Source: a virus. Taken from it: a DNA stretch of 64,000 nucleotides. The stretch covers positions 19,428 to 83,427 of IMG/VR virus record IMGVR_UViG_3300020442_002364, one strand, 5' to 3'. Below the pieces are notes generated by a model. It was not told where the DNA came from and did no database searches. It saw only the letters and a list, made by a program, of their open reading frames with translations. Positions 40,305 through 48,388 of the stretch are shown here, piece after piece (the stretch's first letter is position 1; every line of letters begins with the position of its first letter). Made by a program: the position numbers and the translations under genes.

Positions 40305-40372
40305 ACCCCCATGCCAGTTGAGAAAGTGGCACAGGGGTGGTTGCATCTATTCAGTTTTTCTGTAAATGTGGA

Positions 40373-40546
40373 TCAGTCGGAAATGTATCCGACAAAGTAA
40401 CACAAACCCTCTGCTACAAATTTGTTAGCGAGACCCTGCAATTCAGGGTAATCATAGATCAAATCAGTGTCAAGTAGATGTTGGATCATTGCGACCTCAT
40501 CGTCCACTGAGTTGATACATGTATTGGGATGTACATTACTCTTCAT
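40373..40546 (-). CDS. Hypothetical protein (MKSNVHPNTC...)
   Basis: 3' part of ORF-track 40373..40621; start chosen to minimise overlap. Confidence 0.5.
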   Translation of the reverse strand: MKSNVHPNTCINSVDDEVAMIQHLLDTDLIYDYPELQGLANKFVAEGLCYFVGYISD

Positions 40547-40715
40547 AGTACACATCGTCCTCGTAGTCAAAATTAACGTTCTTGATACGCTTAGAGTTGG
40601 ATACATTATCCATGTATCCACTCTGAGCTAAATCGATGTATTGGGCGTATTCTTTTTTTCTTTGAGAGAATGAGGAATTCCGTCCTTTTCCGCGATTATT
40701 CCAAGTTTTCGCCAT
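40536..40715 (-). CDS. Hypothetical protein (MAKTWNNRGKG...; basic N-terminus, acidic C-terminus)
   Basis: Part of ORF-track 40536..40802. Confidence 0.55.
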   Translation of the reverse strand: MAKTWNNRGKGRNSSFSQRKKEYAQYIDLAQSGYMDNVSNSKRIKNVNFDYEDDVYYEE

Positions 40716-40746
40716 TTTCTTCAGAATTGAAAGTTTTCTTAGATAT

Positions 40747-41001
40747 TCAAGGTTTTTGAATAAGATCACCCTTTTTGAGTGATTCATTATAAAACTTTCC
40801 AAGTGAGAAACTTTCGGGGTTTTTCACAAGTTCTTCAAGTTTACTCAGTAGTGTCTTATTTGCAGGTTTCCAAGTGAATTCGTATTTTTTGTCATTTCCT
40901 ACAAAGTTTACGAAAACAGTGGAACCTTGCACAGAAATCCGATCGATGGCAGAACTGACTGAAGTAAAGTCGAAGTCGTATTTTTTGGAGGTTCTGGGCA
41001 T
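40747..41001 (-). CDS. Hypothetical protein, KTSC-like (84 aa)
   Basis: VSSAIDRISV...V.F....Y.F...SLGKFYN resembles the KTSC pattern; boxed promoter upstream. Confidence 0.6.
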   Translation of the reverse strand: MPRTSKKYDFDFTSVSSAIDRISVQGSTVFVNFVGNDKKYEFTWKPANKTLLSKLEELVKNPESFSLGKFYNESLKKGDLIQKP

Positions 41002-41092
41002 TTGTTTCCCTTGTGTACATTAATAATTATATGAGCAACACTTTCAGAATGGGGGACAACCTGTGCCAGTTCTCAAAGTGTCACTGAGGTGC

Positions 41093-41121
41093 TTGACTTT
41101 TCTGTGGTTGCGGTCTAAGAC
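41093..41121 (+). promoter_or_regulatory. Plus-strand sigma70-like promoter TTGACT-N17-TAAGAC sharing the 41062 box
   Basis: -10 starts 30 nt after the box end, the same geometry as the minus-strand promoters. Confidence 0.5.
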
Positions 41122-41125
41122 AGCA

Positions 41126-41192
41126 GAGGTACTCCAGAGACCCTCGGAGATACCTCCACAGTCGCCGTCTAGCTCACGCAAACCTATTTTTT
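41126..41192 (+). ncRNA. Candidate small non-coding RNA or origin primer transcript
   Basis: Hairpin GAGGTA-CTCC-A-GAG-ACC-CTC-GGAG-A-TACCTC (41126-41156), then a T-run at 41187-41192; no ORF. Confidence 0.35.
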
Positions 41193-41206
41193 AACACATT
41201 TTTTAA

Positions 41207-41257
41207 TTCTCAATAAAAACACGTTATTGATTCTCAATAATGCGCGTTTCTTGAGAA
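41207..41257. repeat. Two overlapping copies of TTCTCAATA-N9-T(A/C)TTGA(GAA)
   Basis: Half-sites at 41207, 41225, 41231 and 41249 in an AT-rich intergenic stretch. Confidence 0.8.
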
Positions 41258-41296
41258 ATGTGTCAAAAACAAGTCAAAACGAGTCCAAAATGGGTC

Positions 41297-41482
41297 TCAA
41301 ATGTGCGCTTTTGACGTTGTACCGTACTGAGAGTACAGTTTTGCATCGTTAATCGCCTGTTGATCACTGCGGAAAGGTCCGTAGGACATATCAACACCAT
41401 CATAGTTCCAATAGATACCTTTCCTCTTCTTATTGAGATGAATGGTGAGTTCTTTGTTCAATGCATTGATGATTGCTTTCAT
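41297..41482 (-). CDS. Hypothetical protein (61 aa)
   Basis: ORF track; ATGA coupling. Confidence 0.6.
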   Translation of the reverse strand: MKAIINALNKELTIHLNKKRKGIYWNYDGVDMSYGPFRSDQQAINDAKLYSQYGTTSKAHI

Positions 41483-41643
41483 GAGAATACAGGAATGAGT
41501 TCAGTTGAGATGACCTTAGGGTCGTGTTGTTTAATCTGACGTTCGTAATGTGCTGCGTCGTCTAGGGAAAAGAATGTCAACCTCTTTGTAGAGGTCACGT
41601 TGTTCTTCTTTCTCCTCTTCAAAATAACGGCATACTTCATCAT
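41479..41643 (-). CDS. Hypothetical protein (MMKYAVILKRRKK...)
   Basis: 3' part of ORF-track 41479..41682. Confidence 0.55.
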   Translation of the reverse strand: MMKYAVILKRRKKNNVTSTKRLTFFSLDDAAHYERQIKQHDPKVISTELIPVFS

Positions 41644-41651
41644 AGAAACGT

Positions 41652-41840
41652 TTACTTTGTGATGGGGTGGATGTGTCCCCAATCAGATGGGAATACAATA
41701 GGGAGTGCTCCTGTGACATTATGTTTGAGTGTGATGTAAGACTCCTGTGCGAAGTTCACTGTCCATTGTGATCCTTCGTATTCAACTTGATCTCCCTTTG
41801 TGAAGGGCAAGTTTGTTCCAGAGTTGTCGCTCGTACTCAT
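41652..41840 (-). CDS. Hypothetical protein (62 aa, SH3-like beta pattern)
   Basis: FTKGDQVEYEG..WTVNF...YITL. Confidence 0.6.
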   Translation of the reverse strand: MSTSDNSGTNLPFTKGDQVEYEGSQWTVNFAQESYITLKHNVTGALPIVFPSDWGHIHPITK

Positions 41841-41957
41841 AGAATACTTTCCATAGGTGGACTGTACAGTGTTGAGTGTAGTCGAGTTCTTCTGCTGTGT
41901 CTATACACTCTCGAATACGAGATAGTTGTGAATAGAGCAGTTTTGTCTCTGTATCCA

Positions 41958-42149
41958 TCATACCACATCTACTCGTAAAATGCTACCCAATTGACATTGT
42001 TCCATCCATGCAGCACGTAACGATTCCCAATCATAATACGTTACTGCTTTCTTATGTTTGTAGATCAGTTTGTACTTGTGTCTGTCGTATGGTTTATCAG
42101 ACGTACAAGTGAAATACCTTGGGTCGTTTTTAGGAATGAGTTGGGTCAT
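41958..42149 (-). CDS. Conserved cyanophage hypothetical protein (63 aa)
   Basis: LIPKNDPRYFTCTSDKPYDRHKYKL. Confidence 0.7.
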   Translation of the reverse strand: MTQLIPKNDPRYFTCTSDKPYDRHKYKLIYKHKKAVTYYDWESLRAAWMEQCQLGSILRVDVV

Positions 42150-42441
42150 TGATTTGCATAGCGGAGTATGGAGTTGTTTGAGACAAGTCTACCACAGTAC
42201 CGACTCTTTTGGGGTTGATGGGAGCATGGTATTGTCCTTTCTTGGTGTCAAAGAATCCCCAGATGGATTTTGGGGTATCACTGGTATAAGAAAAGACGCC
42301 ATGATTACAGATCCAGATAGCAGAAACGTTACGCTTGAACTGTCTAACCTCATAAGAATAACCCTTTGGTGGACGATGGAAATCGAGGGGAAGATGTGTC
42401 ATGATAAAAGAAGAGGGGAGGTCTCGCGTCAGGAGACACAA
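42130..42441 (-). CDS. Conserved cyanophage early protein
   Basis: HRPPKGYSYEV..FKRNVSAIW...SIWGFF...APIN.KRVG...TTPYSAMQ; true start probably the internal Met. Confidence 0.75.
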   Translation of the reverse strand: MCLLTRDLPSSFIMTHLPLDFHRPPKGYSYEVRQFKRNVSAIWICNHGVFSYTSDTPKSIWGFFDTKKGQYHAPINPKRVGTVVDLSQTTPYSAMQINDPTHS

Positions 42442-42453
42442 TTACATAGACCC

Positions 42454-42690
42454 TCAGCAGTAGACAGGAGAGTAATCCTTACCAGTATACTCTTCAGTGT
42501 TGAAGTCACTAACAGTAGCACCGTTAGCGATGTAACCTTCAACATCATACTTCATGCCGATACGATCGCGGGTGGAGAAAGAAGTCAGTTCAGTCTCAGC
42601 ACCTTTGTGCCAGATGACACGCTTGACGAAACGCTTGCCAGTGCCGACGGGATAGAAGTCGATCTGGGTGGCGGAGGTGTGGAGTCGCAT
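42454..42690 (-). CDS. Early hypothetical protein (MRLHTSATQIDFYPVG...)
   Basis: Part of ORF-track 42454..42771, downstream of the -10 at 42712-42717. Confidence 0.65.
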   Translation of the reverse strand: MRLHTSATQIDFYPVGTGKRFVKRVIWHKGAETELTSFSTRDRIGMKYDVEGYIANGATVSDFNTEEYTGKDYSPVYC

Positions 42691-42733
42691 GGGTGTTTTG
42701 CTGATGAACATAGTATAAGGTAGACAGGAGCGA

Positions 42734-42949
42734 TCAGACGCTACCCTGTGCCACCTGTTCAAATGGCACACGAGTGACAGTCAGACGACGCCATCCACGC
42801 ACTTCTCTGATAGCATTGACCACTTGGTTCACCACGTTGTTATGCTGACGGTCGAGACCACGCATGGACTTGGTAGCACGACGAGTGATGTAGAAGATGC
42901 TGGTGGTCAGGTCTTCGTTGCAGATCTGGATCTCGTAAGCGTTGGGCAT
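42734..42949 (-). CDS. Early hypothetical protein (MPNAYEIQ...)
   Basis: Part of ORF-track 42734..42985, downstream of the -10 at 42974-42979. Confidence 0.65.
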   Translation of the reverse strand: MPNAYEIQICNEDLTTSIFYITRRATKSMRGLDRQHNNVVNQVVNAIREVRGWRRLTVTRVPFEQVAQGSV

Positions 42950-43020
42950 GGGTGGTTCCCTGTCGATGTATGTAATATAGAGCATTATGGGGGCGGTTCA
43001 ATGCCCCCTGTGCCACTTGT

Positions 43021-43461
43021 TCAAGCGTCCTTGAAGATGCCGTCGGTGACAGAACCCTCAGGGATAGCGACTTCCTTTACTCTGTTCTCAGAACGAAGCG
43101 CATGGCAGGTCCACTCGCCATCATCATAGTAGTAGGTATACTCTGCATCATACTGACTGTCAGCAGCACAGAGGAACTCATTCAGGTTCTCGTACAGGTT
43201 AGGTGCATTTTGCACATAGGACTCACCACGCATGGTATAGTACAGCGGACCAGACTCAGGCAGCGTTTCGTTGTTCCATCCTGCATTGGTATAGACGCAG
43301 GACATATCACCACCGTCGATCAGATCACTGACCTTAGCGTCAGTGTTGTACACGTCACGCAGCACGCGACCGTTGTACTGAGGATAACCGTCGTAGTGGC
43401 AGTAGACACCGAGGATGCTACCGTCTTTGAGTCGTTTGCCGATGAGAGAGCGAGTGCCCAT
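43021..43461 (-). CDS. Conserved phage protein (MGTRS...YCHYDGYP family)
   Basis: MGTRSLIG, GVYCHYDGYP, LIDGGDMS, EYTYYY..GEW. Confidence 0.8.
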   Translation of the reverse strand: MGTRSLIGKRLKDGSILGVYCHYDGYPQYNGRVLRDVYNTDAKVSDLIDGGDMSCVYTNAGWNNETLPESGPLYYTMRGESYVQNAPNLYENLNEFLCAADSQYDAEYTYYYDDGEWTCHALRSENRVKEVAIPEGSVTDGIFKDA

Positions 43462-43509
43462 GTGTGAGTTGTGTTCCTTTGACTCTTTTAATATACACGG
43501 TTTTGGGGG

Positions 43510-43803
43510 TCAGGGTAGTGACCCTGTGCCAGTCTTGCAACTGGTTTTGATCCATGTCCGTGGAGCGATTCGTGATACAATCCCTTTCATCTCATATCCT
43601 TTCATAGTATACTCCACAACTGTGGTGCCTTTACTATGATTAGGACGAGTTGCATACACCTCTTTGAAATAGTGTTGATCCATGTCACCAACAACGATCT
43701 GTGTCTTGACAGACAAGTCATCAGCAGTAAATACGGTCAACTCAGATGATCCATCGACAATAGATCGCACGATGTTCTTGATCCTTACTGTAACACCAGT
43801 CAT
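43510..43803 (-). CDS. Hypothetical protein (97 aa)
   Basis: ORF track; ATGA coupling. Confidence 0.6.
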   Translation of the reverse strand: MTGVTVRIKNIVRSIVDGSSELTVFTADDLSVKTQIVVGDMDQHYFKEVYATRPNHSKGTTVVEYTMKGYEMKGIVSRIAPRTWIKTSCKTGTGSLP

Positions 43804-44051
43804 TCTGACAGAGGGGATTCACGTTTGCAGATGTTATTCTTGCCAGACAACACGTCATCGACATAGTTGTTGACTTTATCAGATACTTTCCACGATCCAC
43901 CTACACCGCCGTCCATATTGACAACGATGTCATCACCTACCTTGTCTTCAGGATACCATGTGCCAAACTTCTCTGGTGCATACCAGAAGTCTTCCCAATC
44001 GTTTGCTGTTGCTTCGGTGATGTTGCTCATATTAGAATGTGGTGCTTTCAT
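43800..44051 (-). CDS. Hypothetical protein
   Basis: ORF track; boxed promoter upstream (-10 at 44053-44058); start may be internal. Confidence 0.6.
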   Translation of the reverse strand: MKAPHSNMSNITEATANDWEDFWYAPEKFGTWYPEDKVGDDIVVNMDGGVGGSWKVSDKVNNYVDDVLSGKNNICKRESPLSE

Positions 44052-44066
44052 AAGTATACAGTCCAG

Positions 44067-44351
44067 TCAGAGCTCACAGTGGTCATGTAGACACTTCCCT
44101 GACTGGCATAGGGTACGTTCCCTTTTGATCTGGTTCCAGGCAGCATTGAAGGTCTTTCTACTACCTATCTGCCGCCCATGGTGGATCATACACCATCCCT
44201 TTGCACTCTTACGTGATCTTGTTAGAAAGGGGAAAATTGCCCACATACCTTTGTCAATCAATACTGGTTGTGGTTCTAGATAATCATCAAGTAGACTTGG
44301 GTTGCTTTTGTTGTCGTTCTTCATGCGTATACCATGGATGTTTATATTCAC
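44067..44351 (-). CDS. Hypothetical protein
   Basis: ORF track; start probably MKNDNK. Confidence 0.6.
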   Translation of the reverse strand: MNINIHGIRMKNDNKSNPSLLDDYLEPQPVLIDKGMWAIFPFLTRSRKSAKGWCMIHHGRQIGSRKTFNAAWNQIKRERTLCQSGKCLHDHCEL

Positions 44352-44535
44352 GTTTGTTGTGAATAGTCAACGTTGGATCAGTGCCCCAGTCGTTCATAGC
44401 ACGAATGCCACCAAACGATAATTCTAGATCTTTACCCCATCCTAGTTCTTTGACAAACTCATTTGCGATGCTGATCTGCAAATTCCCGCTGCCATCGTAG
44501 TGATAGCGGAAGTAATCTTGAATGTTTGGTTTCAT
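44287..44535 (-). CDS. Hypothetical protein (82 aa)
   Basis: ORF track. Confidence 0.6.
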   Translation of the reverse strand: MKPNIQDYFRYHYDGSGNLQISIANEFVKELGWGKDLELSFGGIRAMNDWGTDPTLTIHNKREYKHPWYTHEERQQKQPKST

Positions 44536-44804
44536 TTCTTCTTCGCTTTCTCTTGCTGTTGTTTACGGGCACGCTCTATTCTAGCATAATCGAGAGCATT
44601 AGTGCCACCTGCATATGTATCATTGAAACGATCACAAACGAACTTAAGTGACGGATCTTCTTTACGAACTGGTTGGTGTCCAGCACTACGCATTTGTCTC
44701 CACGTCATTGTATCATCGTGAGGACGTTGTGCGTGATAGAAAGGTGCAAGACAGGCAGCGTCATGCACGTTGAGAGTCATTCTGTCGGGTAGTGATCCTT
44801 GCAT
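44532..44804 (-). CDS. Hypothetical protein (MQGSLPDRMTL...)
   Basis: Part of ORF-track 44532..44837; AGGA RBS; -10 TATTAT at 44826-44831 plus box. Confidence 0.65.
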   Translation of the reverse strand: MQGSLPDRMTLNVHDAACLAPFYHAQRPHDDTMTWRQMRSAGHQPVRKEDPSLKFVCDRFNDTYAGGTNALDYARIERARKQQQEKAKKK

Positions 44805-44879
44805 TGCTTTCCTGTAGCAACACACATAATAAAACACCCCAGCGTTCGCTGAGGTGTGCCTGTGACACTAATCAAAGTG

Positions 44880-45053
44880 TCAGTCAAGGATGTTCTTGCA
44901 TATCCGTTTACAGGTATGTTGGTTTAACGAATCGCATTCAATTAAACACTCATAATAATCATTAAGTTTTTGATTCTCTACCTCCAATTCTTCAATAGTG
45001 CCTTCAAAATGTCTCCATTCATCTAGCTGTGATCGTGATAGTAGGTTGTGCAT
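44880..45053 (-). CDS. Small Cys-rich protein (57 aa, MHNLLSRSQLDEWRHFE...DYYECLIECD...CKRICKNILD)
   Basis: Translated by hand; GGAGAGG RBS; CxxxC...CxxxC. Confidence 0.75.
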   Translation of the reverse strand: MHNLLSRSQLDEWRHFEGTIEELEVENQKLNDYYECLIECDSLNQHTCKRICKNILD

Positions 45054-45193
45054 GTATCCTCTCCACAGTTAATTGCCATAACAAATGAGGGGTCAGGTTG
45101 CATCTATTTTATCTCCAACTCTATGTTTCTATTTAAACACAAATTACCTAAAATGTCAAAGTCGATACAGAATACTTCATGAAATTTGCTTCA

Positions 45194-45700
45194 TTAAGAT
45201 ATCTGAATATTTCCTGAGATTATTATACGTTCATGGTCACACTCATGTGGAGGAACATAGTGTAGGTCTGTAGAACTAAAGAATGCCAATACTCCTGTGC
45301 TCGGTGTAATTAATGCTGCTGGTGGCATCCATGGACGTTCTGGATCAGGAAACACCAGTGGAGCACAATCAGGACAGGCATCAATGTACCAAATAAAAGA
45401 TTGTACGTATTGTGGGTCTGGGTGCATATGAATTACAGCATAATCACCACGTTTGTATACACCACCCCACATTTCACATATTTCCACACATCCATGGCGA
45501 TCAATCAGCAAGTCATTTGCCATAACATTGATCTGTTCTGTGATTTCCCAGAACGCTTCGTCCTGATGCATGGTCCAGTGGGTCACGTCACATTTAAGAC
45601 TTGACCCTCTATCATTCTTATCACCAACGTTCTTAATGTAGTCAGCGATCCAGAAGTCTGGTTCTAAGTATTTGACCTGTGGGTTTACTCTGCGTGGCAT
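45194..45700 (-). CDS. 2OG-Fe(II) oxygenase family protein (HxH type)
   Basis: WGGVY..GDYAVIHMHP, SFIWYI, LAFFSS..HYVPPH, RIIISGN. Confidence 0.85.
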   Translation of the reverse strand: MPRRVNPQVKYLEPDFWIADYIKNVGDKNDRGSSLKCDVTHWTMHQDEAFWEITEQINVMANDLLIDRHGCVEICEMWGGVYKRGDYAVIHMHPDPQYVQSFIWYIDACPDCAPLVFPDPERPWMPPAALITPSTGVLAFFSSTDLHYVPPHECDHERIIISGNIQIS

Positions 45701-46122
45701 GTATACTCCTCATATAGTTTCACTTGCATGTCAAATGCTTCTACTTCCCATGGTTCATCCTCATAGGATATGTCAGAAGAAATGATCTCTCCCATCCATT
45801 TATTAGTGAACTTAGGAGCAAATCTCTGCTGGTGTCGATTGCGAAGACGTTGCTCAACGTGCATTAGTTCATGGAACAATGTGATGAGATACTGTTTAGC
45901 ATCTAGACGATTGTCCAGTTCAATAAGAAACTCCCTAGGAAAAGACAAGGATGATGTTGTTGTGCAAGCACCATCCATGTGTTCATGCCAGCATCGACGA
46001 TCCTTCACCTCAATGTGAAAACTGAGGCGGTTGAGGTTACGATGTTTGGTAAACCACTCGATTGCATCCCTAACGATGCGCTTTCTGTTGCGATAACCAC
46101 TAAACGTGACGTGACAAGACAT
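45685..46122 (-). CDS. Zincin-like metallopeptidase-domain protein
   Basis: TLFHELMHVEQ (HExxH) and YEDEPWEVEA. Confidence 0.8.
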   Translation of the reverse strand: MSCHVTFSGYRNRKRIVRDAIEWFTKHRNLNRLSFHIEVKDRRCWHEHMDGACTTTSSLSFPREFLIELDNRLDAKQYLITLFHELMHVEQRLRNRHQQRFAPKFTNKWMGEIISSDISYEDEPWEVEAFDMQVKLYEEYTCHAE

Positions 46123-46168
46123 AACCAGTGCAGGAACCAGACGAACGAGATTACAAAAGCAAGTTTCA

Positions 46169-46348
46169 TTACAATTCTTTTTGCGCTTCAGTCAAATAGC
46201 GCTGTAGTTTCTGTTCTAATTGGACATCACTGATTTTGTGTCGGATAGCGTATGCTTGAGAGTCATGTCGAGTATTACCCCACATACTATCAATTAAGAA
46301 TTTAATCTCAGCAGTGGATAACTCAACTTGCGTTACACATTCTTTCAT
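46169..46348 (-). CDS. Hypothetical protein (MKECVTQVELSTAEIKFLID...)
   Basis: Part of ORF-track 46169..46408. Confidence 0.55.
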   Translation of the reverse strand: MKECVTQVELSTAEIKFLIDSMWGNTRHDSQAYAIRHKISDVQLEQKLQRYLTEAQKEL

Positions 46349-46526
46349 TCTGAATAATGTCAATAGGTTGGGTTTTGTCGATTGCCAACCACTTATGGAA
46401 CTCATCAACAGTCATTTCCATAGATGCTGCTGCTTCTTCATCCCACATGGCGTTGTTTGCATCGACTTCGGCATTGAACTCAGGGTCATCTGCCAAGTGT
46501 TCAAGGAGTTGATCGAGGTCGGTCAT
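46323..46526 (-). CDS. Acidic early hypothetical protein (MTDLDQLLEHL...)
   Basis: Start downstream of the -10 TATGAT at 46551-46556, with a perfect box at 46586-46609. Confidence 0.65.
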   Translation of the reverse strand: MTDLDQLLEHLADDPEFNAEVDANNAMWDEEAAASMEMTVDEFHKWLAIDKTQPIDIIQNERMCNAS

Positions 46527-46551
46527 GTGCGTTTTGTTGATTACTCTGTAA

Positions 46552-47526
46552 TCATACACACTGGAGGAGCGCATCTGAGCGTGCCTGTGACAGTTTTGCT
46601 TCTGTCACACGTTCCTGAGCGAGTCTCGCGTATTCTTCCTCTTTCTCTACTAGTATGTAGTTCCTATTTGATTCTACCGCAGCAACACCAGTGCTGCCAC
46701 TCCCAGCAAAACAATCAAGAACAATATCACCAGGATCGGTGCAATGTTCAATAATATTCCTGAGGAGCGGAATTGGTTTAGGAGTGATGTGACCTTGCTT
46801 ATTAGAGTCGAAATCATAGTTCCAAACGGAATGATGTGTGCATTTATTACGGAACTTAGGAACCAGATCGTCCATAGTGAAACCAAGATGCTTTGTAATT
46901 GGAACGATTGTCTCCACTGTGGGGTAATTCTTTCCTGTCTCGATGTTGCTATACCACCCTGTAAGTTTGCCATTCTTGCTTAGAATCTCCCTGCTGATGT
47001 CACTGGACTTGATATTGCGCTCCATGCGTCTCTGTCGTAGTTTCTTATGCAGATCTTTCCGCGTATAGAACATGATATACTCTGAGATCTTCTGGAAGTT
47101 GTTGAGTCCCTTGACCTGAACGAATCCATTCAAGAAACCTTCCTGTTTTGCACCAGAGAATAGTTTGTTCCAAACAATAAAGTTACGGTATTCTAGATCT
47201 GTGCTATGTTGGATACGGCGATCCAGTTCTGCCATGATACGAAAGTCATTATGGAAGAACCAGAATGATCCACTATCCTTCATCACTCGCGCACACTGGA
47301 CAAAGACCTCCTCCATCCAGTCATAATAACAATCACCAGAGTAAGGTTTAGGTTGATATCCCCTTTTGGTATAACCAAAATTGTCCCAATCGTCCTTCCC
47401 AATATTGTAGGGAGGATCAATCAGGACAAGATCTACAGACTTATCAGCGAGTTTTTGTAACTGCTTTAGACAATCGCCTTGGATTAGTGTGGAGATAGGC
47501 TTTTTTGAGGATGGGCGCAATTTCAT
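46552..47526 (-). CDS. Beta-class N6-adenine/N4-cytosine DNA methyltransferase with an inserted Cro/C1-type HTH
   Basis: GDCL..L..L.D.SVDLVLIDPPYN (motif IV); HITPKP..LL..II...TDPGDIVLDCFAGSGSTGVAA (motif X-I); internal LRQRR...YSNIETGKNYPT; ATG at 47526 preferred over the track start at 47589. Confidence 0.9.
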   Translation of the reverse strand: MKLRPSSKKPISTLIQGDCLKQLQKLADKSVDLVLIDPPYNIGKDDWDNFGYTKRGYQPKPYSGDCYYDWMEEVFVQCARVMKDSGSFWFFHNDFRIMAELDRRIQHSTDLEYRNFIVWNKLFSGAKQEGFLNGFVQVKGLNNFQKISEYIMFYTRKDLHKKLRQRRMERNIKSSDISREILSKNGKLTGWYSNIETGKNYPTVETIVPITKHLGFTMDDLVPKFRNKCTHHSVWNYDFDSNKQGHITPKPIPLLRNIIEHCTDPGDIVLDCFAGSGSTGVAAVESNRNYILVEKEEEYARLAQERVTEAKLSQARSDALLQCV

Positions 47527-48349
47527 CGAGAGGAGTGTCTGATTGAATAAGGTTGGAACGACGTGTAAGGGGAAGAATATTACCTCCACGAGTCATATAT
47601 TTACTATCGCTGAGCGGAGTAACATGTCCGAACTGGATCTGATACGGAGAACGATCATCATCTATAGTATACCACTCTGGTTCAAGAATGTCACCTAGGA
47701 TAGGATCACACAGATAACCATCCTTGGCGATGTAGATACCGCGCTTATGGTATTCTTTTACCAAACGAAATGCGTGAATGAGCAGTTTGTCATGTACATC
47801 AGCGGGCATAGTGAAAGTAACACCCTTCTGCATGAGCAACAATGCCGCAAAGTCGAACTCTGCTGTCGCTACAGTGAAACTAGTTCCCGCATTTTCTAGA
47901 GGAATACCTGCTTTGAGTTTGACTCTTTGCTTCAGGTTGTACTCACTACGCAACTCAGACTCCTGACGCTTGGTAATTTGTACAGGAAAAGTGCGCTTAC
48001 AACGATTCTTGAAGAGCACGTCATCTGCACCAGGCGCAGTATTGCAGTCTTTTATCTTATTAGCGAACTTGTCAGTAAAGAAACCAGCAAGAGTAGAGCG
48101 GCACTTACCACTGTGACCTTTCGGAAGACAGCAAATAGCGCCACTATGGTTGTTGTAGAAGTCATCATAGAAGTCAGATTCCGCAGCAGTGATGTCAACT
48201 TGAGCAAGACGAGAGATAGATTCGGAGAATGTTCTCTGTCTCACACCACCATTACAAGTCTTACCGCAAATGTAATCCTTGTATGGACTGGTTTCTTGGA
48301 AGTCTACTGCCTCAGCGACAGCAGCACGGTTTTGGGGAGTAATAAGCAT
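47444..48349 (-). CDS. Putative HNH (beta-beta-alpha-Me) endonuclease, possibly the cognate restriction enzyme
   Basis: C-terminal IQFGHVTPL...TRGGNILPLTRRSNLIQS (H-N-N); N-terminal Cys/His cluster; overlaps the MTase start. Confidence 0.6.
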   Translation of the reverse strand: MLITPQNRAAVAEAVDFQETSPYKDYICGKTCNGGVRQRTFSESISRLAQVDITAAESDFYDDFYNNHSGAICCLPKGHSGKCRSTLAGFFTDKFANKIKDCNTAPGADDVLFKNRCKRTFPVQITKRQESELRSEYNLKQRVKLKAGIPLENAGTSFTVATAEFDFAALLLMQKGVTFTMPADVHDKLLIHAFRLVKEYHKRGIYIAKDGYLCDPILGDILEPEWYTIDDDRSPYQIQFGHVTPLSDSKYMTRGGNILPLTRRSNLIQSDTPLDEIAPILKKAYLHTNPRRLSKAVTKTR

Positions 48350-48388
48350 AATAAGTCTGAGAGGGGTCTAGGAGCGCCCAGAGGGCAC

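Noticed and set aside
44880-45053. CP12 call for the small Cys-rich protein
   Set aside because: It lacks the AWD.VEEL core and the C-terminal C...P...EC..Y[DE]D pattern of CP12.
47444-48349. Intron- or intein-associated homing endonuclease
   Set aside because: No interrupted host gene or splice motifs nearby; tight coupling to an MTase favours an R-M-like unit. A free-standing homing endonuclease is not fully excluded.
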